DNA of 64,000 bases, from NCBI GenBank assembly GCA_963675665.1, contig OY776510.1, positions 3,712,001 to 3,776,000 of the forward strand, written 5' to 3'. This DNA comes from Spirochaetia bacterium. GTDB taxonomy: Bacteria > Spirochaetota > Spirochaetia > UBA9216. The notes under the pieces were generated by a model that saw nothing but the letters and a program-made list of their open reading frames with translations, did no database searches and was not told where the DNA came from. Positions 29,184 through 39,770 of this stretch are shown here, piece after piece; the stretch's first letter is position 1; the number at the start of each line of letters is the position of its first letter. The position numbers were made by a program, and so were the translations under genes.

Positions 29184-29978
29184 CTATCTTTTAAGATTAT
29201 TTGCGATTTGAAGCATCGAGTCCGACGTCTGTATGGCTTTCGAATTAAGTTCATATGCTCTCTGGGCAACAATCATGTTAACCATCTCCTGAACTACCGA
29301 AACATTGGACATTTCGAGGAATTTATGCTGGACCGTTCCCATGCCGTCGAACCCGGGCCTGCCGCCTATGGGATCGCCGGAAGCGTTTGTAACCTTCAGA
29401 AGGTTTTCACCAATAGCGTTAAGTCCGGCAGGGTTAACAAAGCGGAAAAGCTGCATCTGGCCGACCTGAAGGGGATCATCGCTGCCTGCAATTTTTACTG
29501 TTATCCGGCCGTCCTGCGAAATAGTCAGAGAATCCCGTACAAAACCTTCCGGCAGTACTACATCAGGCATAAGCCGATAACCCTGAGATGTGACCAGCTG
29601 CCCGTTTGAATCGATTTTAAGCGCTCCGTCGCGCGTGTATCCGTATGTTCCGTCAATCAGCATTACACGCATAAAGCCTTCGCCCTGAATGGCAAGGTCT
29701 GAAATATTGCCGGTGTTCTGAAGAGCTCCCTGTGTGTACATTTTCTGGGTAGCTGCAACCTTTACACCATGGCCCACCTGAACTCCGGTAGGAACAACAG
29801 TCAATTCGGTCGCCGGGGTTCCCGCAGTTCTGGTTGTCTGGTACAGAAGATCTTCAAAATCAACACGATTCTGTTTGAATCCGGTAGTATTTACATTCGA
29901 AAGGTTATTTGAAATTGTATCAATATTGTACTGCTGTCCGGTCATTCCGGAAGCTGCTGTATACAATGATCTCATCAT
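29184..29978 (-). CDS. flgG: Flagellar basal-body distal rod protein FlgG
   Basis: ISNNLSNVNTTGFK, FEDLLYQ, YTRDG, LEMSNV, QRAYELNSKAI. Confidence 0.95.
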   Translation of the reverse strand: MMRSLYTAASGMTGQQYNIDTISNNLSNVNTTGFKQNRVDFEDLLYQTTRTAGTPATELTVVPTGVQVGHGVKVAATQKMYTQGALQNTGNISDLAIQGEGFMRVMLIDGTYGYTRDGALKIDSNGQLVTSQGYRLMPDVVLPEGFVRDSLTISQDGRITVKIAGSDDPLQVGQMQLFRFVNPAGLNAIGENLLKVTNASGDPIGGRPGFDGMGTVQHKFLEMSNVSVVQEMVNMIVAQRAYELNSKAIQTSDSMLQIANNLKR

Positions 29979-29991
29979 GGTCGTTTACCCC

Positions 29992-30837
29992 TTATACCCT
30001 TACTGCCTGGTTTATCAGTTTATCCGTCATCTGATCATGAGCCGATATTACTTTCTGGTTTGCTTCATAAGCCCTGTTTACCGAAATCATTGCAACCATT
30101 TCGGTAACAGAATTGACATTGGATTTTTCAAGAAAACCCTGGATTGTTTTTGTTGATGCTCCAAGAGCAACATTTTTCGGATCACCTGATTCATCAGTGG
30201 CCATCCACATTGAATTTCCCTGCTTCTTCAAATATCTGTCTCTGGTAAAATCTACAATTTTCAGCGTATCGACAAGCTCCATATTTGCCCAGTCGTTTTC
30301 CTTCATTGAAACAAGTCTTTCGGGGTCGTCTGCAAAGTCTGCGTTCTGGTAAACCCTGCCCTGCTTATCGATTACAAAATTGTTCAACTTCAGATATATT
30401 TTTCCATTTTCACCTTCAACGGGCATACCGTCCTTTGTGACGAGAAGGCCGTTGTCATCTATCAAAAAAGTTCCGTTTCTTGTGTATCTCTCTCCGAGAG
30501 GAGTTTCAACTGTAAAAAATCCTTTTCCGTCCAGGGCTATATCAAAGGGGTTTCCGGTTTCTTTCAGCGATCCCTGTTCAAATTGTGTATAAATCTCATT
30601 CAGCTCAACACCGCTTCCGAGTTTACCAACAACGGGCGTTGTATCAACTGATCCGAATGGAAACTTATAGACTTCGTCATTCATCCTGCGGATAAGCATT
30701 TGAGGAAAAGATTTTTGTACAGAGGTATCTTTCTTGTAGCCTGTTGTATCAACATTGGCCAGATTGTTCGCAAGCGCGTCCATTTTGTGAATCTGGGCCT
30801 GCATTCCGCTGGCACCGGTATATATACCCCTTAGCAT
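29992..30837 (-). CDS. flhO: Flagellar basal-body rod protein FlhO/FlgF
   Basis: ANNLANVDTTGYK, TGNPFDIAL, YTRNG, GFLEKSNVN, RAYEANQK; directly upstream of flgG. Confidence 0.85.
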   Translation of the reverse strand: MLRGIYTGASGMQAQIHKMDALANNLANVDTTGYKKDTSVQKSFPQMLIRRMNDEVYKFPFGSVDTTPVVGKLGSGVELNEIYTQFEQGSLKETGNPFDIALDGKGFFTVETPLGERYTRNGTFLIDDNGLLVTKDGMPVEGENGKIYLKLNNFVIDKQGRVYQNADFADDPERLVSMKENDWANMELVDTLKIVDFTRDRYLKKQGNSMWMATDESGDPKNVALGASTKTIQGFLEKSNVNSVTEMVAMISVNRAYEANQKVISAHDQMTDKLINQAVRV

Positions 30838-31064
30838 TTTTTCCTCCGCAGAAACTTCTATTTTGAATATCGGATTTTGAAAAAATGTCTTGAGATTTTA
30901 TTAAAGGATATTTTTCATATAAATAAAATTGTCAGCAGACTTCATTTTTTTTGTCCATGTGGATAGCTATGGACGATATGAATCCCCGATTTAGATATAT
31001 TTTTCCCAATCATTCAGAAATCTTCCTGCGGCATCGGGAAGTTTTTTAATAACGGAGGATATTT

Positions 31065-32141
31065 ATGAAAAATACTAACAGAAAACCGCTTGTCCGTAAA
31101 AAGTATTCATTTTTTGAACTGCTTAAGGTGATTTTTTCGAAAATTTCAGGCGGAAAATCTAAAAGCGAATTGTGTATTCCGGGTTTCGCCGAAACAATCC
31201 AATTCAGGTCTGTAGCTTCATATCAAGAAAACAGCTCAGCTGCAGACACCGCATCTCAATTGAGCCGGGAGCAAATCTTTTCGGCCATGCTAACGAATAA
31301 TCTGCGCGGTTTTGGGGGCGCCGGATTCCCGATGGCTGAAAAACTGAAGGCTGTTCTGGATTCCGGGCACGCCGAACCTGTTCTGATCATTAACAGCACA
31401 GAATGCGATCCCGGACTCTATCATGATAAATGGATTCTTGAAAACAAACAGAAGGAACTTGAAAACATTTCAGGAATTCTCCGTTCGGTTTTCGGCTTAT
31501 CCGGCATCTATCTTGCCAAAAAGAAAGGAACGCCTCCGGTTAGGCTGGAGGGCGTAACTGTCGTTGATATACCGGATATATATCCTGCCGGAGAGGAGAA
31601 CAAACTGGTTTCCTGGCTTCTGGGCATCGAATGCGGGGAGAATGAATATCCCGCACAAAAAGGGGTCTGGGTCCAGAATGTGCAGTCGCTCCTTATGTTG
31701 CATTCAGTTCTATCGGGCGATCTGCCTCTCAGATATATCACCATGACGGATCTGAACCGAAAGCATGCAGTTGTTGTTGAGTGTAATATCGATTCTTCAA
31801 TAGAGTATTTGGCCAGGGAAGTTTTCGGAAAATACGATCAGCTGTATCTCGGCGGAGGAATAATGCAGAGTTATCCCGCAACCGGCAATAAAACACTTGA
31901 CAGCAGAATAAACCTGATTGCCGCCGGTAAAACCGCAGAATTTTCCGATAAAGACTGCCACCACTGCGGTCAGTGCACTCGATACTGCACGGCTGATCTT
32001 CCTGTGGAAGATCTTGTTGCCGAAATTGCAAAAGGCGCGTCTGTTCCTGAAGATATGAAGGCAAAATGCAGCCGGTGCGGAGCCTGCTCATTCCTTTGTC
32101 CCGCAGGCAAGGATGTATGTTCGCTGATTGCATCCGCATAA
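31065..32141 (+). CDS. RnfC/PduS-like flavin-binding, 2x[4Fe-4S] protein
   Basis: GFGGAGFP, INSTECDP, YPAGEE, QNVQS; CHHCGQCTRYC and CSRCGACSFLCP. Confidence 0.8.
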   Translation: MKNTNRKPLVRKKYSFFELLKVIFSKISGGKSKSELCIPGFAETIQFRSVASYQENSSAADTASQLSREQIFSAMLTNNLRGFGGAGFPMAEKLKAVLDSGHAEPVLIINSTECDPGLYHDKWILENKQKELENISGILRSVFGLSGIYLAKKKGTPPVRLEGVTVVDIPDIYPAGEENKLVSWLLGIECGENEYPAQKGVWVQNVQSLLMLHSVLSGDLPLRYITMTDLNRKHAVVVECNIDSSIEYLAREVFGKYDQLYLGGGIMQSYPATGNKTLDSRINLIAAGKTAEFSDKDCHHCGQCTRYCTADLPVEDLVAEIAKGASVPEDMKAKCSRCGACSFLCPAGKDVCSLIASA

Positions 32142-32177
32142 TACCGGACCTATATTTAACACTTAAGGAATCATAAA

Positions 32178-32708
32178 ATGAATATCAAGATATTTTACTA
32201 TTCCCTGACGGGAAACAACAAGATTCTGGCCCTAAGCCTTGCCGAAAGGCTTGGGGCACAATACAATGAAGTAACAGAATGGAAAGAGAGAACCGTTTGG
32301 ACAACCGCCTTCGACATGATGTTCAATCGCACGCCCAAAGTTAGTTATGAGTTGGCAGAAATACAACCGGAAGATCTGGTTATTTTCATTGCCCCTATCT
32401 GGATGGGAAGCGCAGCCTCACCCTTGCGGGACTGTTTTAAACGTTTGCGTAAATCAATCGGCACCTTTGCCTTTATTTCCATCAGCGGAGGAGCGGACGA
32501 CAATCCAAACCCGAAACTTGATGTTGATCTAAAAAAAAGGCTTGGGAAAAAACCGGCAGCAGTCATTGCTCTTTATATAGCCAATCTGCTTCCACCGGTG
32601 CCGAAACCTACGAGGGATGATACATCCGCTTACAGAATTACCGCAAACGATACAAAAAAGCTTACCGAAGAAGCATTGTCAATTCTCAATAAAAAAGGTG
32701 TTATATGA
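32178..32708 (+). CDS. Flavodoxin-like protein
   Basis: FYYSLTGNN FMN loop, APIWMGS. Confidence 0.75.
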   Translation: MNIKIFYYSLTGNNKILALSLAERLGAQYNEVTEWKERTVWTTAFDMMFNRTPKVSYELAEIQPEDLVIFIAPIWMGSAASPLRDCFKRLRKSIGTFAFISISGGADDNPNPKLDVDLKKRLGKKPAAVIALYIANLLPPVPKPTRDDTSAYRITANDTKKLTEEALSILNKKGVI

Positions 32709-34273
32709 AAAAGAATTTTATTTTTATCTGCCGCTGCGTTTCAGCGGCAATTTTACTGGCCCTTTCGTTCCCGGCAATGCTTCAGGCGGACGAAACTAAG
32801 GGGCAGAAAAACTCCGTCGATATCTATAAAGCAGTTGATGCATACCTGGACAGACAACTGTACAGGCTGAATATCCCCGGAACGGCGTTGGCAATTGTAG
32901 AAGGTACGGAAATCGCTCATTTTTACAATTTCGGCGAAGCAGGACCTTCCGGAGAAAAGCCGGCTTTGACGACCCCTTTTATTCTGGGTTCGCTCACAAA
33001 ATCAATTACCGCCATGGCAATTATGCAGCTTGCTGAAGCCGGAAAGTTGACCCCGGACGCCCCGGTTCAGCAGTATCTGCCCTGGTTTAAAACAGCCGAT
33101 GCCTATGCTTCTGCAAAGATAACGGTGCGGCACCTGCTTAACCATACCAGCGGGCTTTCGATGTTCTCGGGAATGAAGCACCTTGCTGTTTTCGATGATT
33201 CTGCCGATGCCTGCGAACAGCGGATCAGAGAGCTTGAAACATTCTCCCCTTCCCGGGCTCCAGGCGAAGCTTTCGAATACAGCGATGTCAATTACAACCT
33301 GCTTGGACTTGTCATTGAGGCGGCCGGCGGGGAACGCTACGATGATTATATTGAAAAGCACATTTTTGCCCCGCTGGGAATGGTCAACAGCCATACTAAC
33401 CAGGGCGATGCCGTCTCAGACAATATGGCCACAGGACATACCATGCGTTTCGGCCTCACAAAGCCCGAGCCCGACCTTCCGAGACCCACAGGTTCAACAC
33501 CTTCGGGGCAGCTGATATCCAGCGCAGGAGACATGTCTCGTTATATGGCGGCCATGCTGCAGGGCGGCGCCGTTAACGGGACCCGGGTGCTTTCCACGGA
33601 AAGCACAGCCGAACTTGTCCGCCCTGCTGTAAGTGCCGGTTCAATGGGTGTTGATATGGGTGATTACGCCATGGGCTGGTTTATCGAGAACGGCGCCGGG
33701 GAACTTCGCATCTGGCACGACGGCATGGTTCCGGACTTTTTTTCGTATATGGTTCTTCTGCCGGAGCAGGACCGCGGCCTGATTTTTCTGGTAAATGCCA
33801 ATCACATGATTGTAAACTATTCACTTCTGGATGTGAGCGAGGCAATTACGGATATGCTGACAAATCAACCCGTTGAAACCGGAGATATGGGAGGCGTATT
33901 CAGGACGCTGCGTCTTTTCCTTCTTCTTCTCCTGCTACAGATTTTCGGTATCGTTTTTACCGTAAGCCGGGTAAGGCGATGGAGGAACAACCCCGAGCGG
34001 CGTCCGGGTAAAGCGGTTGTTTTCTGGATTTATATCATCCCGGCTTCTGTTTTCCATTTTCTGATTGTCGTTTCCGCTGCCGCGCTACTGTTCATGGGCA
34101 TGACACGGTTTATGATGCTTTTTCTGCCCGATCTAACAGGACTTCTGCTTTTCAGCGGCGGCATTTCTTTTATCTGGATCTGGCTGCGGATATTGCTTAT
34201 ATTTCGGAAAGCGCCGATCGGGAGCAAAAAGCCTTTCAGCCGGCAACGGAGGCCAGATACTGCCGGGGCGTGA
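32705..34273 (+). CDS. Serine hydrolase (beta-lactamase class C-like) with C-terminal TM helices
   Basis: SLTK (SxxK), LLNHTSG, FEYSDVNY, WHDG. Confidence 0.88.
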   Translation: MKKNFIFICRCVSAAILLALSFPAMLQADETKGQKNSVDIYKAVDAYLDRQLYRLNIPGTALAIVEGTEIAHFYNFGEAGPSGEKPALTTPFILGSLTKSITAMAIMQLAEAGKLTPDAPVQQYLPWFKTADAYASAKITVRHLLNHTSGLSMFSGMKHLAVFDDSADACEQRIRELETFSPSRAPGEAFEYSDVNYNLLGLVIEAAGGERYDDYIEKHIFAPLGMVNSHTNQGDAVSDNMATGHTMRFGLTKPEPDLPRPTGSTPSGQLISSAGDMSRYMAAMLQGGAVNGTRVLSTESTAELVRPAVSAGSMGVDMGDYAMGWFIENGAGELRIWHDGMVPDFFSYMVLLPEQDRGLIFLVNANHMIVNYSLLDVSEAITDMLTNQPVETGDMGGVFRTLRLFLLLLLLQIFGIVFTVSRVRRWRNNPERRPGKAVVFWIYIIPASVFHFLIVVSAAALLFMGMTRFMMLFLPDLTGLLLFSGGISFIWIWLRILLIFRKAPIGSKKPFSRQRRPDTAGA

Positions 34274-35354
34274 TTCCGGTTATGCGTTTAAAAGCATTGT
34301 AAAACGCACCCTTTGAATTGAAACCGGAAGCGAAGGCAAGATCAAGAATATTCGCATTCCGGTCCTGCATAAGCAGTTTCTTAAAATGTTCGATTCGGTA
34401 GGAATTTACAAAATGATAAAAACTTGATCCCGACTGGCTGTTGATCACTTCAGACAATTCGTTCCTGTAAAAACTGGTTTTCTCGGCCAGCAGCGGGAGC
34501 GTCAGTTCGGGATTAAGATGATGTTTGTTCTGCTCCATTTCCTGTTTAATAACAACGTACATATCGGTCAGCTGCTTCTGCGGAATCTTGCCTTTCAGAG
34601 GATTAGGATCATGTCTGACCGGACTGCTCGGAAAAAGGTTGAGCAGGTAGCTGTATCCTATAACTATAAGGTAAACGGCAGGAAACATAGCTGAGGCTTT
34701 AAGGGTAACTTCCACCATCCACCGGTTAATGCTGAATGCACATAAAAGGGCTATTACGATCCAGCATATGAAAAGAAGCCAGATCTCCCTGCTCATAAGG
34801 GAAAGATCGATTCCTTCCGTATTGGAATGCTCTTTCATAAGGGATCTTCGGTAGCTCCTGATCTTCAGCAATGCCATTGCAAGAAGAAACCAGTTGAATG
34901 CCAGTCCCGTAAGCCAGACGACCCAGTCATAATCCGGAAAATTATGGTTCTGTCGGATAAAGAGCAGATATTCCGCCCGGGCCGCACTGTCTTTAATAAA
35001 AAATGGGACAGATAACGCAATTCCCGCACCCAATCCGATAAACAGCCAGCATAACTGCTTAACCGATGTCCGGACATCTTCCATCAGGGAGTAAACATAA
35101 AAAAGAGTAAAAAATCCGGAGATGAAAATGAACGGATATGGAATACCGATCAGCTGCGGGAACAGCGAAAACATATTGGTTGTAGTTACCAGTGAAGAAC
35201 TCAATACCATGGCCCCCGACATTTGGGTCAGCCCCAGAAAGAGAGCGGATATCCCGCGTTTGTTTACCTGAAACATCAGAAAGATACCTATGAGAATGCT
35301 GTGGAATATTGCAAACATCGCTATAATTCCGAAAAAATCAGTCTCCAGTTTCAC
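34236..35354 (-). CDS. Membrane-embedded AraC-family regulator
   Basis: About 7 TM N-terminus; SFYHFVNSYRI, AFASGFNSKGAFYNAFKRITGITP. Confidence 0.9.
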   Translation of the reverse strand: MKLETDFFGIIAMFAIFHSILIGIFLMFQVNKRGISALFLGLTQMSGAMVLSSSLVTTTNMFSLFPQLIGIPYPFIFISGFFTLFYVYSLMEDVRTSVKQLCWLFIGLGAGIALSVPFFIKDSAARAEYLLFIRQNHNFPDYDWVVWLTGLAFNWFLLAMALLKIRSYRRSLMKEHSNTEGIDLSLMSREIWLLFICWIVIALLCAFSINRWMVEVTLKASAMFPAVYLIVIGYSYLLNLFPSSPVRHDPNPLKGKIPQKQLTDMYVVIKQEMEQNKHHLNPELTLPLLAEKTSFYRNELSEVINSQSGSSFYHFVNSYRIEHFKKLLMQDRNANILDLAFASGFNSKGAFYNAFKRITGITPRQYLASVAG

Positions 35355-35532
35355 AATGAAAGAATATCATCAACAAATATTTTAGTAAAGAAAATATCGG
35401 AGCAGGCGAATTTTCATGAAAGTTAAACTGCTGCGGGCTATTAAAAAATATAAAATGGTTTGAATTCTCATTTTTATTTATTATAATTCGGATATTAGAC
35501 AATTTGTGGTGATGTAAGACATGGAGAGAATT

Positions 35533-38514
35533 ATGAATAACCTTCCCAAATTCCGGATTCATTTCAGGTTAAGTATAATAATTACCGTCGCGTTGATAGT
35601 TCTCATTCTGACAACCGGAATCTTCATTATTGTATTCACAACAAGCATGAATTCCGCCCGTAATAATATGAACACGCTATTCATAGAGATCGGGGCCAGA
35701 GCGCAGGAAAAAATAGAAAACCAGATGAACATGCTTATGCGAACTGCAAGCATGGGAGCGGCTATAGAGGATTTTGATGAGGAAATATCAGGAACCGGTA
35801 TTAATCATTCGTCCATAGTTTTCATGAAACAATGCCTGGATCAGCATGAACTTATTTATTCTGTCTATTACGGGAAAGAGAACGGAAACTTTATCCAACT
35901 TATAAAAACCAACGGAAATCCTGATATTATACAAACACATAATGCTCCGGATGCAACAATGTATATACTTAGAAGTATTGTAGATATTGCCGGAACCAGG
36001 GTTCAGCATTGGACATTTCTTGATTCCGGCTGGTCAGTTTTGGATCAGCAGGATGAAACAACCCCCGATTATGACCCGAGAGAACGACCCTGGTATTCGA
36101 CGTCATTATCCGTCGGTAAAACAATGATATCCGAAGCCTATCTTTTCAATTCTCTTCAGCAGCTAGGAATTACCGCGTCAAAACAAATGGTAACCGGGAC
36201 AGGTGTATTCGGTGTTGATATGACCCTTCAGGATTTAAATAATTTTATGGAAGAAGGAAAACCTTCTGAAAACGGGGGTTTGTTTCTTATTGATCAGCAG
36301 GATAGAATTTTGGCGGCAACTCCTGAACTGATGACCTTGTTCAAATCCGAATTTGTTCCCCTTTGCCGGACACCCGATTTGCTGCAGAATTTTCTTGAAG
36401 GTAACAAGTACCTTAATAATGAAGAGTATCTAAGCAGTCAGACTGTATGGAATGACGGAACTGATAATCTTATTCAGATTGTAATATTATCCCCTTTGTC
36501 TGATTTCACCAAATATCTGATAGATATGCGTGCCAAAATCATTTTATTTTCCACAATACTGCTGACTGTTTTACTCGGATTTTCAATTATCATTTTACGA
36601 AAACTTACTGCAATCCTCTTTTCATTGGCTGATGATGCCGAACGGGTAAAACAATTTGATTTTACCGGTGAAATTCCGATGGATTCATTTTTCATTGAGA
36701 TTCACAAGCTGGCGGAAGGGTTTCATCATATGAAGCAAACCATTGGGGAAAGAACTGAAGAGCTTGAATCAGCTAAAAAGAAATTGGAAAAAATTGTTGA
36801 ACTCGGTATTGCAATGGCATCTGAAAAGGATGTTAACCGTCTTGTGGAATTAATCCTTCTCGGTTCCAAGGAACTTTCCAACTCAGACGGTGGAAGTGTC
36901 TATTTAAAAAACAGCACCGAAAATCTTCTTGATTTTAAAATTGTTCTCAATGATACTTTAGGGTTTATTCAGGGCGGTACAAGCGGGACCCCGATAACCC
37001 TTCCTTCAGTACCCCTTTTAAACCCTGACGGTTCTCCGAATCATCACAATGTTGTTACCCATTGTTTTCATACGGGCGAAACAGTAAATATTGAAGACGC
37101 GTATAATAATGATTTTTTTGATTTTTCAGGAACAAAAAAGTTTGATGAAGGTAATAATTATGTGTCACATTCATTCCTTACAATTCCTTTAAAGCCCAGA
37201 GGCGGTGAGGTTCTGGGTGCATTACAGCTGATAAATGCGAAAGATATCAATAACGGAAGCAACATCAGCTTTTCGACTGAAATTCAAAGGTTTGTTGAAG
37301 CGCTTTCTGCATCAGCCGCGACTTCTCTCTATAATAGAGATCTTCTTGAAACACAGCATAAACTTTTTGATTCGATGATTGAGTTTACTGCAGGAGCAAT
37401 TGATGCCAAGAGCCGGTATACAGGAGGACACTGCTCCAGGGTTCCAAAGATTGCTTTAATGCTTTCAGAAGAAGCCCATAAACTTAAAGAAGGACCTCTG
37501 GCTGACTTTCAATTAAACAATCCGGATGATTGGAGAGAGCTGAGGATTGGAGCCTGGCTTCATGACTGCGGCAAGATGACGTCCCCTGAATTTGTAGTAG
37601 ATAAAGCAACCAAACTTGAAACTATTACAAACAGGATTCATGAAATAAGAACAAGGTTTGAGATTCTGTTGCGTGATGCGGAAATTGACAGCCTGAAATT
37701 AAAGATTAACGGTATTGATTCAAGGAAAGCTGATCTTCAATATTCAAAAAGAGAAGAAGAGCTTCAAAAGGATTTCAAATTTATTGCCGAATGCAATTCA
37801 GGCGACAAGTTTATTGAAGCTGAAGATATTGAACGGATAAAAAAAATTGGAGCTCAGAACTGGATTAGACACTTCGACGATAAACTTGGATTATCCTGGG
37901 AAGAGCTTAGCCGAATTTCAACCGGAAACGCCCCGGACGGGCCTGCAGTTGAAAATCTTTTGTCGGACAAACCTGAACATCTTATAAAACGGGATTTTGA
38001 TCTTGTTTCCGATTACACTGAATATAATCTGGAATTACCGGAATATCTGTACAACCGCGGAGAAATATACAACCTGACAATTCCGAGAGGTACGCTTACC
38101 CCGGAAGAACGTTTTAAAATTAATGAACATGTAATTCAGACAATAACCATGCTGGAAAATCTTCCGCTTCCCGACAGCATGAAAAAGGTTCCGCAATATG
38201 CCGGAACGCATCATGAAGCAATGAACGGCAAAGGATATCCCCGCGGACTGACATCAGCCGAATTGTCAATTCCGGCACGAATCATGGCTATTGCAGATAT
38301 CTTTGAAGCTCTTACTGCATCAGACAGACCATATAAAAAGATAAAGACATTATCCGAATGTATCAGGATCCTTTACTTCTTTAAAAAGGATGAACATATT
38401 GATCCGCATCTGTTCGATCTGTTTCTGACTTCAGGAATATACAAGAAATATGCGGATGAATTTCTAAAACCGGAACAGATCGACGAGGTGGATATAACTG
38501 AGTATACAGGTTAA
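35533..38514 (+). CDS. dCache-HAMP-GAF-HD-GYP phosphodiesterase
   Basis: YDPRERPWY (dCache), GAF (LGALQLIN), DAKSRYTGGHC, LHDCGK, HHEAMNGKGYP, IADIFEALTA. Confidence 0.9.
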   Translation: MNNLPKFRIHFRLSIIITVALIVLILTTGIFIIVFTTSMNSARNNMNTLFIEIGARAQEKIENQMNMLMRTASMGAAIEDFDEEISGTGINHSSIVFMKQCLDQHELIYSVYYGKENGNFIQLIKTNGNPDIIQTHNAPDATMYILRSIVDIAGTRVQHWTFLDSGWSVLDQQDETTPDYDPRERPWYSTSLSVGKTMISEAYLFNSLQQLGITASKQMVTGTGVFGVDMTLQDLNNFMEEGKPSENGGLFLIDQQDRILAATPELMTLFKSEFVPLCRTPDLLQNFLEGNKYLNNEEYLSSQTVWNDGTDNLIQIVILSPLSDFTKYLIDMRAKIILFSTILLTVLLGFSIIILRKLTAILFSLADDAERVKQFDFTGEIPMDSFFIEIHKLAEGFHHMKQTIGERTEELESAKKKLEKIVELGIAMASEKDVNRLVELILLGSKELSNSDGGSVYLKNSTENLLDFKIVLNDTLGFIQGGTSGTPITLPSVPLLNPDGSPNHHNVVTHCFHTGETVNIEDAYNNDFFDFSGTKKFDEGNNYVSHSFLTIPLKPRGGEVLGALQLINAKDINNGSNISFSTEIQRFVEALSASAATSLYNRDLLETQHKLFDSMIEFTAGAIDAKSRYTGGHCSRVPKIALMLSEEAHKLKEGPLADFQLNNPDDWRELRIGAWLHDCGKMTSPEFVVDKATKLETITNRIHEIRTRFEILLRDAEIDSLKLKINGIDSRKADLQYSKREEELQKDFKFIAECNSGDKFIEAEDIERIKKIGAQNWIRHFDDKLGLSWEELSRISTGNAPDGPAVENLLSDKPEHLIKRDFDLVSDYTEYNLELPEYLYNRGEIYNLTIPRGTLTPEERFKINEHVIQTITMLENLPLPDSMKKVPQYAGTHHEAMNGKGYPRGLTSAELSIPARIMAIADIFEALTASDRPYKKIKTLSECIRILYFFKKDEHIDPHLFDLFLTSGIYKKYADEFLKPEQIDEVDITEYTG

Positions 38515-38522
38515 ATCGTCTG

Positions 38523-39312
38523 TTATTTAACTGCGCAAATTGTACAGCTCCATGACGGACCCGCACAATCCGCCCTTCTGCTCAGTTCCAATTCAATTTT
38601 CTTATATCTTTTTAGAAGTTCGGTATCAAATTATTTTGAATACCGAATGTCCAGCGGCAACGTATTGGATAGCATAATAAGGCCGAATTGTAAGCGGATT
38701 TTAAAACCGCTGTTATCAAGCAGCGTTTTCATTTTATTTATGCTGAAAATTCGCGCCGGATACTCCCAATCCGGCATTTGTATCAATTTCTCATCTTCGA
38801 GGGCAATTTCGGATTTAAAAGTCATATCCGGCGATTCAATCGCCCAGCCCAGAGAATTTATAAAATCAAAGAAAAGTAATCCCCCGGGTTTTAATATACG
38901 GAAAACTTCTTCTAATAATTTTCGTGGATTAGGCGTATAACTTATTACCCCCCCCATTCATCATAACAAAGTCATAAGATTCATCCTTAAAATCAGTTTT
39001 TTCACTATTTCCGACATAAGTTGATATCATCACATTCTGTTCAGCGGTTTTTCCTTTTGCAATATTTACGCTTTCTTCGCTGATATCAATGAGATCAATT
39101 TTATAACCCATTTTTGCCAGAAATAAAGAATATTTACCGGTTCCACCGCCTGAATCCAATATTCGAATCGTCCGATTTTCCGGTAATATTTCAAGCAAAT
39201 TGTTTATTGTTACGTGTTCAATGATTTTATGATGGAATGTATTCGTTTCATTATCATAATCGCCGGAGATATTATTAAAAGTTTTTAATAGATTCAATAG
39301 TTTTTGTTCCAC
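38523..39312 (-). pseudogene. Class I SAM-dependent methyltransferase pseudogene (frameshift plus nonsense)
   Basis: ILDSGGGTG motif; G8 run at 38948-38955 shifts the frame (G7 gives NGGVISY); in-frame TAA at 38631-33, after which the frame continues FDTELLKRY...CAVK to 38523. Confidence 0.8.
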
Positions 39313-39350
39313 TTAAAACCTCTCTACAACAATTGGACGCTTCCTGAGAA

Positions 39351-39680
39351 TTAATTATCAATACTTTTTTTCTTCTTTTTCACTGGTATTTTAATTACTT
39401 TCTCAAGCTCTTCAATAATTTTATTAAAAGACTCCCTTTCCTCAACATCAACGATGTAATGTTCTTTGGCACCGCTATACGGAAAACCACAATTCTCTTC
39501 TATGAAAAACTGTTTTATACAATCCAGCTTTTTTACATAAACTGTATTATCACAAACAATCAGTACCGGCTTCTCGTTTACGTAGACCATATATTCTCCG
39601 AACATTTTTCTATATCGTTTATTCCATACGTTATCGATCTGGTCGTAAACAAAATCTATAAAATCAGGTGTTGTTGACAT
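39351..39680 (-). CDS. TfoX/Sxy N-terminal-domain protein
   Basis: RYRKMFGEY, VCDNTVYVK, FPYSGAK. Confidence 0.85.
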   Translation of the reverse strand: MSTTPDFIDFVYDQIDNVWNKRYRKMFGEYMVYVNEKPVLIVCDNTVYVKKLDCIKQFFIEENCGFPYSGAKEHYIVDVEERESFNKIIEELEKVIKIPVKKKKKSIDN

Positions 39681-39770
39681 TGTACCTGTTACTCCTTTAC
39701 AAGTTCTCCGTCTGAACGGATCTGTTGATAATTACGTAAATTAAAAAATAGACTTTCGCTTTGTCTGAGC

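Noticed and set aside
38948-38955. Phase-variable G8 switch in the methyltransferase
   Set aside because: A second lesion (in-frame TAA at 38631) means slippage alone would not restore the full gene; decay or sequencing error is more likely. TAA is not a Sec/Pyl codon.
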